Positions 9,425-17,532 of a stretch of 42,056 bases of DNA are shown in pieces; positions within the stretch are counted from its first letter, which is position 1, and each line of letters opens with the position of its first letter. The stretch comes from an uncultured Candidatus Saccharibacteria bacterium (lineage in GTDB: Bacteria > Patescibacteriota > Minisyncoccia > UBA6257 > 02-FULL-45-10c): positions 1 through 42,056 of the forward strand of contig CAYHBW010000003.1 in NCBI GenBank assembly GCA_964355085.1, in the 5' to 3' direction. The translations under genes were made by a program, and so were the position numbers. The notes below the pieces were generated by a model. It was not told the origin of the DNA and did not search any database. It worked only from the letters and a program-made list of their open reading frames with translations.

Positions 9425-10309
9425 ATGAACCTGTCATTGACGGATTGGCTGGATTCGAGCCGTAAGGTCAAAAAGCTCAAGCGGATCGAAAAGCTCCAGG
9501 GAAATCTGGACATCGCGGTTCTGACCCTGGAAGGGGTCATCGCTTCGAGTTCGGAGGAGGGCGGCCGTTACCGTTACGTGACGGAATCGCTTTCCGAGCT
9601 GGCGCAGATCAAGCCGGACGTACTACTGCTGCGGATCAACAGTCCCGGCGGAACCACCGGGGCTTCGGAAGAGATCTACCGGTCGGTCATGGCGCTCAAG
9701 CGGAACTGCGGGACGAAAGTCGTCGTGCTCATGGAGGACGTCTGCGCAAGCGGCGGTCTCTATGTGGCGATGGCCGGAGACCGGATTCTCGCGAAGGCGG
9801 GGACGCTGACCGGATCGATCGGCGTCATCCTTCAGGGCATCGAGTACAAAGAGGTACTCGATCTTCTCAAGGTGAAGACGCGCACCATCAAGTCGGGGAA
9901 GTTCAAGGATATCCTTTCTCCGACACGTTCGATGCTGCCGGAAGAGGAGTCCCTGCTGACCGAGATGATCATGGACGTCTACGAGCAATTCGTCCAGGTG
10001 GTCGCCGCCGGCCGGAAAATGAGCGTGGAAGAGGTCAAGGCGTTCGCCGACGGGCGCGTGATGACCGGGGCGCAGGCGCTGCGCTTGGGCCTGGTGGATG
10101 CGCTCGGCGGATACGACGACGCCGTCGAGGTGTGCCGCAAGCTGGCGGCCATTCCAGAAGACGAAGAGCACGAGATGGAGTCGTGGGTCGGACCGGAGAA
10201 GAACCTGCTGGCCAAGTTCGGCCTCGCATCGCAGGTCTCGGTCCTCAACGACTTCGCGATCAGCGCGAAGCTGTCTGGGATGCCTCTCTGGCTCATGCCG
10301 CGCTTCTGA
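9425..10309 (+). CDS. sppA: Signal peptide peptidase SppA (S49, short form)
   Basis: LRINSPGG, CASGGLY, TGSIGV, KSGKFKD, ADGRVMTG..A..LGLVD. Confidence 0.93.
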   Translation: MNLSLTDWLDSSRKVKKLKRIEKLQGNLDIAVLTLEGVIASSSEEGGRYRYVTESLSELAQIKPDVLLLRINSPGGTTGASEEIYRSVMALKRNCGTKVVVLMEDVCASGGLYVAMAGDRILAKAGTLTGSIGVILQGIEYKEVLDLLKVKTRTIKSGKFKDILSPTRSMLPEEESLLTEMIMDVYEQFVQVVAAGRKMSVEEVKAFADGRVMTGAQALRLGLVDALGGYDDAVEVCRKLAAIPEDEEHEMESWVGPEKNLLAKFGLASQVSVLNDFAISAKLSGMPLWLMPRF

Positions 10310-10319
10310 TGCGGCGATA

Positions 10320-10357
10320 ACACCCCTTCCGGGAAACCGGGAGGGGTGTATTATTTC
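10320..10357 (+). terminator. Intrinsic terminator
   Basis: ACACCCCTTCCGG-GAAA-CCGGGAGGGGTGT followed by an AT-rich tail. Confidence 0.75.
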
Positions 10358-10447
10358 CGACGGATTCGGGGAATTTTATTTGACAATAGCTCGATAATTA
10401 TTCTATAGTATTTTCAGTATAAGCAGAGTTTATAAAGAGGTGAAGAG

Positions 10448-10792
10448 ATGCTTGTGATATCCGTTGTGGTTTTGATAATCGGAATTATTCTTATTTTGGG
10501 ATCTACTCCTACCAGTGAACCGGATACGCAGTCATTTTTTATTGGACTTATCACTATAGGCATAGGCACCTGGTGCGCCTATAAAGCCGGTACTGGCCAT
10601 TTGAGCGATTCGCTTTCCGAAGGAGATGTCCGGGAAGTTGTCTGCACTGCCCCAATCGATGGTAAGAGATATGGAGCTCTTCTTCGAAAACCTGACGGTG
10701 AATTGGAGGCGAGCTTTCTTTCTAAAGTCCCTCCCAAGAATTTCGTAGTAACCGAGGATGCTGAAAAGTATTCTCCTTATCCCGGGAAATGA
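10448..10792 (+). CDS. Hypothetical membrane protein (2 TM)
   Basis: TTGACA..TATAGT promoter, AGAGG SD, terminator at 10807-10837. Confidence 0.8.
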   Translation: MLVISVVVLIIGIILILGSTPTSEPDTQSFFIGLITIGIGTWCAYKAGTGHLSDSLSEGDVREVVCTAPIDGKRYGALLRKPDGELEASFLSKVPPKNFVVTEDAEKYSPYPGK

Positions 10793-10884
10793 ATCCGGCA
10801 TCTTCCGCCCCGATCAAAAGTCGGGGCATTTTATTTTAAAACAATTTTTATCACGAAATTTAAAATCCCGATTTTCATCGGGAT

Positions 10885-11088
10885 TCATTGTTTCATTATC
10901 TCAACGGCATAAGTTTTTGCGGAGGAGTATTTTCTGACCTGGATTTTTCCTTCCAGATCGGCAAAGTAAGAGGCCATGCGCATTCCCCAGGCCCAGACGT
11001 GCCAATGGATGAATTTAAAAAGAACCTTTCTTTCTTTATCAATATACAGGCGGATATCCACTTCGTAGCGCCCGGGCGCGAGTCGCAT
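10885..11088 (-). CDS. Hypothetical small protein (frame uncertain)
   Basis: TTGACA-17-TATCTT promoter upstream and a hairpin downstream; a competing frame exists at 10896-11099. Confidence 0.4.
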   Translation of the reverse strand: MRLAPGRYEVDIRLYIDKERKVLFKFIHWHVWAWGMRMASYFADLEGKIQVRKYSSAKTYAVEIMKQ

Positions 11089-11161
11089 GCGGTTTCCATG
11101 CTATGCAGTACTGATAATAAAGATATGTTTTCGAGTGTCGAGTGTCAAATAAAAAGCCCCG

Positions 11162-11470
11162 TCATCGGGGCTTGCGCGTTCCTAAAGCAAGGCGGAAAAT
11201 GGGTCCGCAGAAATTACAGGATTTGAAGTGGCGGATCCTATCTGCCGGGCGGCTAAGTTCGGAAAATTTCAATTCGGAGACAATCTTTACTTCATGCGTC
11301 AGGATGCATTCTTCTGTAGGGAGGTTTCCTCCCAATCCATCAAGCTCCTTCCGTATTTTGGCCAATTGTTCGGGATTTAATCCTTTACGCATGCTGTCTC
11401 CAGGTCGGTTTTCCATGATTTTCTCCGCGTATGCTGAATTAAGAATAGAATATTCCAAATATTTTTTCAA
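11162..11470 (-). CDS. Small protein with a C...HxxxCxxC (zf-HC2-like) zinc motif
   Basis: ECILT...HFKSCNFC; terminator at ~11147-11173; start uncertain. Confidence 0.6.
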   Translation of the reverse strand: MKKYLEYSILNSAYAEKIMENRPGDSMRKGLNPEQLAKIRKELDGLGGNLPTEECILTHEVKIVSELKFSELSRPADRIRHFKSCNFCGPIFRLALGTRKPR

Positions 11471-11487
11471 TGAAATTAGAAATTTAG

Positions 11488-11496
11488 TTATCCACA
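11488..11496 (+). promoter_or_regulatory. Consensus DnaA box TTATCCACA
   Basis: Exact 9-mer, isolated. Confidence 0.45.
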
Positions 11497-11540
11497 GCGT
11501 TGGAAATTGTTGATTTCCTGGTATTTGCTATATTAAGAAT

Positions 11541-11682
11541 AAGCGCAGTCGCTCTCAAGCGATTCCGCGATAGCAGGGGAAAACAAAATCACCCCTAGCT
11601 GACGGTTCATCTTCCGTCGTAACAACAAAAAGGTACCCAGTACCTTGAAGACCCTCGACTCGTCGAGGGTCCTTCTTTTTTT
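11541..11682 (+). ncRNA. Putative ~140-nt five-hairpin small RNA
   Basis: Extended -10 TGcTATATT at 11526-11534, four hairpins, then a terminator (ACCCTCGAC/GTCGAGGGT + T7); no ORF. Confidence 0.55.
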
Positions 11683-11683
11683 A

Positions 11684-11712
11684 TTGACATTTAATTTGAA
11701 AAGTTATATGAT
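11684..11712 (+). promoter_or_regulatory. Sigma70 promoter TTGACA-N17-TATGAT
   Basis: Perfect -35 and 17-bp spacer. Confidence 0.8.
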
Positions 11713-11718
11713 AATATC

Positions 11719-11799
11719 ATGAAAAACTTAATGGCAAAGTATTATACAGTCAGAACCTCGGATTTTCGCCAAGGCAGTTTTTCATTTCTGACAGCGTAA
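11719..11799 (+). CDS. Putative leaderless leader peptide MKNLMAKYYTVRTSDFRQGSFSFLTA
   Basis: ATG 6 nt after the -10 box; stop lies 22 nt before a terminator hairpin. Confidence 0.5.
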   Translation: MKNLMAKYYTVRTSDFRQGSFSFLTA

Positions 11800-11821
11800 G
11801 CTTAAAGATTAAGAAATCCAG

Positions 11822-11859
11822 ACTCCCTCGGCGAGATATCGCCGAGGGAGTTTTAGTTT
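11822..11859 (+). terminator. Attenuator-like terminator
   Basis: 13-bp stem ACTCCCTCGGCGA/TCGCCGAGGGAGT followed by TTTAGTTT. Confidence 0.75.
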
Positions 11860-11898
11860 CGGCGATATTTCGAAATCGTACCTTGAGAGGTGGCGCGC

Positions 11899-12102
11899 AT
11901 GTGCTACAATCCCGGAAGCAGCAGGTCATGCGACATATGTCAGAAATATAGCTGCAACTGTCGCGAGATCGCCGAAAAAAATCGGAAGAAAAAAATGTCA
12001 AAAAGAGAGAGGCACTGCGAAGAGAAGTTATTGCGCTTGGAGAGTGAACTCTATAAATCCCTGCGCATTCTTCAAGATATTCTGGATGAATTCGGAAGTT
12101 AA
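11899..12102 (+). CDS. Small Cys-rich (CxxC-x4-CxC) coiled-coil protein
   Basis: GAGAGG SD, ATG at 11899; terminator at ~12111-12135. Confidence 0.6.
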   Translation: MCYNPGSSRSCDICQKYSCNCREIAEKNRKKKMSKRERHCEEKLLRLESELYKSLRILQDILDEFGS

Positions 12103-12132
12103 TAATTCTCAACCCGCCATATGGCGGGTTTT

Positions 12133-13443
12133 TTATCCTAGTCTGTCGTTTTGTATGAATATCTTAAGTCCGTGCAGCCACATTTTAAGAGCTTTTCGCA
12201 ATGGAAGAACATTAAGAATCAGATAATAGAGTTCGATGAGTCCTTTGATGATCCAGCCGGGGAATCCGGAGATTATAAACGGACCGATTTTTGCAACGGC
12301 GTATTTTGCTCCGACCGGAATTACATACGGATATTCTTTTTTCGGCTTAAAAATCCTATGCCTTGGTTTGTCGGTGATTTTTTCCGCGAATTTCACATCT
12401 TCCAGTATGTTATGCGCCGCAACTTTTGCCTGTTCAATGGCGGCTTCGGCAAGCTGAGGTATCGGCTTTCCGGATTCCGGTTCATAAACGCAGATTGAAT
12501 CTCCGACTGCATATATTCTCCCGTAAAGTTCCAGATCCGGAGTTTGTGGAAGACAGCTCATCGCCGGACTTACTTCCGGACGCCCCTTTGCTTCTTTTTT
12601 TAAAGGCAAAGTCACTATGAGATTTGAGGCCTTGACTCCGCCGGTCCAAATGAGAATGTCATATTCTATCTGTCTTCCGCTTGTCAGAGAAATTTCCCTT
12701 TTTCCTACTTTTGTAATCCCTTCTCCGATCAGGATTTCAACACCGATGGAATTCAGGCGTTCGGTGACTTTATCGATCACTTTAGGATGAAATCCCGGGA
12801 GCAGTGTCGGCGCCGCCTGGATCAATTGAAGATTAATATTGCAGAGAGCCGTCTTTTCGTCCCTAAGCTGGCAAAGCCAGGATTTAAGTTCGCCGGCAAG
12901 CTCCACTCCCGTAGAGCCGCCTCCGCCGATTACTATGTTGAATCGTTTTTCCTTTGATGCTCCCTCGATAAGATTCCAGACCGCGTCTCGGATTTGAATG
13001 GCATCTGCAAAAGATTTCAATGTAATGGAATTTTCTTTCAGTCCCGGGATGTCAAAGTAATTTACTTCTGTTCCGAGCGCCATCACCAGATAATCGAATC
13101 CGTATTTTTTACCGGATTCGGAATGGATATCGCCTTCGATCAGATCCAGTTCGGTCAATCTTTCCTGAATAACCGTTATCGGCTTATCTTCAAAAATATC
13201 GGAAAGGGAGATTGTAACGATGCGTTTGAGATCCAGCTGGTTGGCGAGATTTTTGGATGTAGTGGCTATTTCGTAAAGCGTCGGATAATAAGTATGGTAA
13301 TTCCTCTGGTCTATCAAGACCACATCGTATTTTTCTTCAAGTTCGAGTTTTCTGATGCCGCTGCTTAAAACCTGCGCGGCTTTAAGCCCTCCGAATCCTG
13401 CGCCAAGGACGACAATTTTTTTCTTATCATTAGGGCGGCTCAT
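12133..13443 (-). CDS. ndh: Type II NADH dehydrogenase-family FAD-dependent oxidoreductase
   Basis: GAGFGG and GGGSTGVELAGE Rossmann motifs, IWTGGV, YAVGD, PQLA..A.EQA. Confidence 0.9.
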   Translation of the reverse strand: MSRPNDKKKIVVLGAGFGGLKAAQVLSSGIRKLELEEKYDVVLIDQRNYHTYYPTLYEIATTSKNLANQLDLKRIVTISLSDIFEDKPITVIQERLTELDLIEGDIHSESGKKYGFDYLVMALGTEVNYFDIPGLKENSITLKSFADAIQIRDAVWNLIEGASKEKRFNIVIGGGGSTGVELAGELKSWLCQLRDEKTALCNINLQLIQAAPTLLPGFHPKVIDKVTERLNSIGVEILIGEGITKVGKREISLTSGRQIEYDILIWTGGVKASNLIVTLPLKKEAKGRPEVSPAMSCLPQTPDLELYGRIYAVGDSICVYEPESGKPIPQLAEAAIEQAKVAAHNILEDVKFAEKITDKPRHRIFKPKKEYPYVIPVGAKYAVAKIGPFIISGFPGWIIKGLIELYYLILNVLPLRKALKMWLHGLKIFIQNDRLG

Positions 13444-13514
13444 AATGATATTATACTCGAAATTCCGACTCTCTCCAATTTTAATCGGGTGAATTTTCAG
13501 ATATAATTAATGGA

Positions 13515-14531
13515 ATGAGATTTTTGAGCAAAATGAAGAAGAGGGAGTTGAAAGATAAAATCTGCCTTTTACGGCTGGATTTCAATACCGAAGATAATTG
13601 GCGCATGGATGCCAGCTTGAGGACGATCAGATTTCTTACGGCCAGATGCAGGTCAGTGGTCATTTTAAGCCATAAAGGGAGGCCGAAGGGATTTGACGCT
13701 TCTTTGAGCTTGAAGCCGATTTCCGGAATTCTAAGCCGGAAAATCCAAAAAAAGGTGGTTTTTATCCCTCATTTCCGATTTCAGGAGATTGGAGAGCTTG
13801 TGAGGTCATCTCCGGAAGGATCGGTATTTCTCATTGAGAATCTGCGGTTTTTGGATGGCGAGTCAGTAAACAATCCGGTATTGGCGGAACATCTCTCCGG
13901 ATTGGGGGATATCTATATAAATGACGCTTTTGCGGTTTCCCACCGGGCGAACGCTTCCGTAGCGGCCATAACTTCCCATTTGCCCAGCTATGCCGGACTT
14001 GAACTTGAGGAGGAAATCATTCAGCTGACACAGGTCATTAAAAATCCGAAAAAGCCGCTCGTTGTAATTCTCGGCGGTTTGAAGATTGAGGATAAATTAC
14101 GCATATTCGATAATCTTAAATCGAGGACATCCGCTTTTCTTATCGGAGGCGCTCTTACGGATGATGTCATCGGAGAATTCAACAACCGGAAACTTATTCC
14201 GCCGGTTGATTTAAAAAAAGACGGCAATGCAATCCGCGATATCGGTCCGGGAACTGTCAAAAAATTCTGCGGAATAATAAAAGGAGCGAAGACCGTGATT
14301 TGGAACGGTCCGCTCGGCGATATCGGAGACAGAAGATTTCGGGGCGGAACTGAAGCAATCGCAAGATGCATTACCCGCAAAAAGAACGCGATCGTCGGCG
14401 GAGGGGAGACTGTGATGTTTTTGAAAAAAATGAAACTGGATAAAAAAGTCAGATTTATCTCAACCGGTGGCGGCGCCATGTTGGATTTTCTTGCAGGGGA
14501 AAAGCTTCCCGGCATAGAATCGTTAAAATAA
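13515..14531 (+). CDS. pgk: Phosphoglycerate kinase (shortened)
   Basis: RLDFN, SHKGRP, ENLRF, INDAFAVSHR, IWNGPLG, ISTGGGA.L.FL.G..LPG. Confidence 0.95.
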   Translation: MRFLSKMKKRELKDKICLLRLDFNTEDNWRMDASLRTIRFLTARCRSVVILSHKGRPKGFDASLSLKPISGILSRKIQKKVVFIPHFRFQEIGELVRSSPEGSVFLIENLRFLDGESVNNPVLAEHLSGLGDIYINDAFAVSHRANASVAAITSHLPSYAGLELEEEIIQLTQVIKNPKKPLVVILGGLKIEDKLRIFDNLKSRTSAFLIGGALTDDVIGEFNNRKLIPPVDLKKDGNAIRDIGPGTVKKFCGIIKGAKTVIWNGPLGDIGDRRFRGGTEAIARCITRKKNAIVGGGETVMFLKKMKLDKKVRFISTGGGAMLDFLAGEKLPGIESLK

Positions 14532-15694
14532 TGGAAACTTTCAAAAATACCGATAAAGCCATAGCCCGCATATTGCTCGCGAAAAAACGCGGGGAAAATA
14601 TCGGTATCTGGGGTGATTATGATCCGGACGGCATTTCCGGCTCTGTCATAATTCGTGAAGGATTACTCGGCGCCGGTTTTAAGGCGAAAAATCTGACAGT
14701 CATTCTTCCTCGGCAAAAGAAATTTGACCGTAGCTTCAATCCTACGCACTTGAAGCTTCTGAAGAAAAAGATGGTTTCTCTGATTCTTGGCGTAGATTTT
14801 GGAACAGCTGATTACGATAAGGTAAAGATGGCGGATAATATGGGGTTTGATATTATTCTTTTCGACCACCATCTGACCGGTACCGGAAAATTATCAGCTT
14901 TACTTATCAATCATCTTCAATCCGGAGACAGTTACCCGTATAAAAATTGGTGCGGATCCGGCGTGGCTTATAAATTTTTTGAATTCTTTTATCTGAATCA
15001 AGGTTTGGATTTAAGCCGATTAGAGCGCCAGCTCGACCTCTTCACTCTTGCCATGATTGCGGACCGCATAAAATTGGATGATTATAACAGCAAATATATC
15101 GATCGAGGAATTCATCTCATAAATGCGCATGCCCGTCCCGGACTGCAAGAGTTGCTTCACTTGGCTGACGATGAAAATATTACTAAAGAGAAAGTGATGA
15201 GCGTGCTTATCAGCAGATTTTTCCCTAGATTGAGCAACGAAAAGAATGAAATGTACCGTTTATTTATGGCGCGGAGCAAAAAAGAAGGCGCTAAATATGC
15301 GAAAATATTGAATGACCGGCATAAAAAAATATCCGCATATATCAATAAATATGTAAGTATTGGGGAGGCTCAATATAAGCGAGAGAAGTCCAAGGTTATA
15401 ATATTAAGAGCAGATGTCCCATCGCTTGCGAGTGGTATGATCGGGGCAATTTCAGAGGCGCTTGTTGAAAAAATTAAAATTCCTTTATTTGTATATAAAA
15501 AACAGGAAAACTATTTTCAGGGATCATCCCGCGCTCCGTTCGGATCAGGATTTAATCTTGTTGAAGCGATGAATAGCAGTAAAGATTTGTTTATGGGTTT
15601 TGGCGGGCATAAGACAGCCGCCGGCTTCCGCCTGAAGGGCGGTAAGGAAAAAGAATTTAAAGATGCGATGGAAAAGTATTTCAATTCATTATGA
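14531..15694 (+). CDS. recJ: RecJ-like DHH/DHHA1 exonuclease
   Basis: GDYDPDG, VDFG, DHH, CGSGVAYK, GSSR, FGGHKTAAG. Confidence 0.85.
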   Translation: METFKNTDKAIARILLAKKRGENIGIWGDYDPDGISGSVIIREGLLGAGFKAKNLTVILPRQKKFDRSFNPTHLKLLKKKMVSLILGVDFGTADYDKVKMADNMGFDIILFDHHLTGTGKLSALLINHLQSGDSYPYKNWCGSGVAYKFFEFFYLNQGLDLSRLERQLDLFTLAMIADRIKLDDYNSKYIDRGIHLINAHARPGLQELLHLADDENITKEKVMSVLISRFFPRLSNEKNEMYRLFMARSKKEGAKYAKILNDRHKKISAYINKYVSIGEAQYKREKSKVIILRADVPSLASGMIGAISEALVEKIKIPLFVYKKQENYFQGSSRAPFGSGFNLVEAMNSSKDLFMGFGGHKTAAGFRLKGGKEKEFKDAMEKYFNSL

Positions 15695-16320
15695 AATCCG
15701 GGAAAAAATATTACGCCTATCGCTTGGCAACCGGCGCGCAGGGTATTTGCGATAATTGGAAGGATTGCGAGAAAGTAGTTTCCGGTCGCGATGCACGGTT
15801 CCGCGGATTTGCGTCACATTCAGATGCCGAAGAGTGGCTTCGCGGAGGAGCAAGATATGAGGTGAATAGTCGAAAGTCCTTAAAGTCCATAAAGTCGAAA
15901 GTCAGCTTAATCTCCGGAGTTTATTTTGATGCGGGAACAGGGCGGGGAAATGGCGTTGAGATTAGCGTTACTGACGAATTAGGCAAAGACCTGCTCCATA
16001 AAGTTTTGGCGAAATCCAAGATCAACAGGCACGGAAAGCATTTACTAGGAAAAGAGTTTACCAATAATTATGGAGAACTTATGGCGTGTCAGTATGCATT
16101 GAAATATGCAATCAAGCACGATATTAAAAATATATTCGGTGACAGTAAATTAGTCATTGATTTTTGGTCAAAAGGACTTATTAGAAGAAATGAAATGCCG
16201 GTGGCGACGGTAAAGCTGGCGGATAAAGTTGCCAAGTTGAGAAAGGAATTTGAATCAGCCGGCGGGGAAGTGGGCCGGATTTCCGGCGATGACAATCCTG
16301 CAGATCTCGGGTTTCATTAA
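15691..16320 (+). CDS. rnhA: Ribonuclease HI with an N-terminal hybrid-binding (viroplasmin-like) domain
   Basis: KYYAY..GI..NW.DC...V.G..ARFRGF...AEEWL; YFDAG, TNNYGEL, GDSKLV, NPAD. Confidence 0.88.
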   Translation: MKSGKKYYAYRLATGAQGICDNWKDCEKVVSGRDARFRGFASHSDAEEWLRGGARYEVNSRKSLKSIKSKVSLISGVYFDAGTGRGNGVEISVTDELGKDLLHKVLAKSKINRHGKHLLGKEFTNNYGELMACQYALKYAIKHDIKNIFGDSKLVIDFWSKGLIRRNEMPVATVKLADKVAKLRKEFESAGGEVGRISGDDNPADLGFH

Positions 16321-16346
16321 AGATACTTTGAAATATTCAACTGTTA

Positions 16347-16375
16347 TTGTCAATACTTTAGAAATATGCTATAGT
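16347..16375 (+). promoter_or_regulatory. rnpB promoter TTGTCA-N17-TATAGT
   Basis: Near-consensus with extended TG. Confidence 0.7.
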
Positions 16376-16380
16376 ATTTT

Positions 16381-16750
16381 CGGTAGCTTAGATAACAGCT
16401 TCGGCGAAAGTCGGAGAGGAAAGTCCGGACACTTTTTGTCGCCTTAAGTGACTCAAAAAAAGTAGTAGCCAACGGCTACCGGCAGTAATGCAGAGGTGCG
16501 AGCAGTGACGGTCTGACCCGAAAGAGTCAGACGAACCCCATCCCAACGTTGAAGGTTTAACTCTGCCATAGGGATACAAAGCAGAGGTGAAACGGCTAAA
16601 TCCTTATTAAGTGCAAGTCCGTGCTCCGAGTAAAATCGGGGAGTGACGCAAAGATTTTTGGAGCAATCCGAAAGCAAGATAAATTGTTATCATCACCCTA
16701 AAACATTAAAAATTTTCGGGTGAGACAGAATCCGGCTTATTAGCTACCGG
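16381..16750 (+). ncRNA. rnpB: RNase P RNA
   Basis: GAGGAAAGTCC (16416-16426), ACAGAATCCGGCTTA (16725-16739), P1 CGGTAGCT/AGCTACCG. Confidence 0.96.
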
Positions 16751-16751
16751 T

Positions 16752-16781
16752 AAAAACCGCCTTCGGGCGGTTTTTACTTTT
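16752..16781 (+). terminator. rnpB terminator
   Basis: AAAAACCGCC-TTCG-GGCGGTTTTT. Confidence 0.85.
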
Positions 16782-16823
16782 CAGCTTCTAGGTTAAAATA
16801 AATCCCCCGCATAAAACAGGGGA

Positions 16824-17156
16824 TCAGTCTCTGACGATTATTGAAAAAGACCAGCCGCAGTCCTTCGTCTTCAGGCATCGCCAGTGTTTATTTTCAGTTT
16901 CCAGGGAAAAAGACACTGACCAGTTATGGCAGACCGGGCAGCGGCTAAGATTGGGATAGCTATTGAACCAATTCCGGCATTTTTGATTAGCGCAGGCCCA
17001 CCAGTCGAGGATGATATACGGGGTTATTCTGGGTTCCGTAAAAAAACGTTCGTCATCCGCCATCATTTTCGGCTGGAAAAATATTTCGAAAACCCTTTTT
17101 GCCATTTTCCCGCAATGGGTGCAGGAGAAGCTTTCCCGGAATGTCTTTCTGGGCAT
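16824..17156 (-). CDS. Hypothetical multi-zinc-ribbon protein
   Basis: CTHC, CANQKC, CPVC, CLKTKDC Cys pairs. Confidence 0.65.
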   Translation of the reverse strand: MPRKTFRESFSCTHCGKMAKRVFEIFFQPKMMADDERFFTEPRITPYIILDWWACANQKCRNWFNSYPNLSRCPVCHNWSVSFSLETENKHWRCLKTKDCGWSFSIIVRD

Positions 17157-17297
17157 TGCATCTTCATCGTTTTATGTTCTGAAATCAGATTACAACTTCC
17201 GCATTGTTTATTCAAACACATTCAGAATCCCCGATTCGAACCGCTTTTAAAAAATAAAGCCACCTTTTCAGGGGTGGCTTCAGGAAGCAGGCCGTTG

Positions 17298-17501
17298 TTA
17301 CGGGCAATACTTCCAGATGAGGTACTTTATCTGGCGCTTGATCCAGGCCGGATTCCGGTGCTGCTCCTCCGAGAAGAACAGGATTGCGAATCCGACCATC
17401 GCCAAAGCCATGCTTAGCATGAAGTGGCCGTTCTCGACTACTCCGACGCTTGCGACTATGAGACATCCTCCGGTGAAGATCATCGTGTTGTTCAGCCGCA
17501 T
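17298..17501 (-). CDS. Small 2-TM membrane protein
   Basis: GGAGG SD, two hydrophobic helices, terminator at ~17248-17282. Confidence 0.75.
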   Translation of the reverse strand: MRLNNTMIFTGGCLIVASVGVVENGHFMLSMALAMVGFAILFFSEEQHRNPAWIKRQIKYLIWKYCP

Positions 17502-17532
17502 TTGTCCTCCGTGATTGATTTACGGCATCAGG

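Noticed and set aside
11488-11496. Replication origin
   Set aside because: A single DnaA box (plus one variant at 3994-4002), with no cluster and no dnaA
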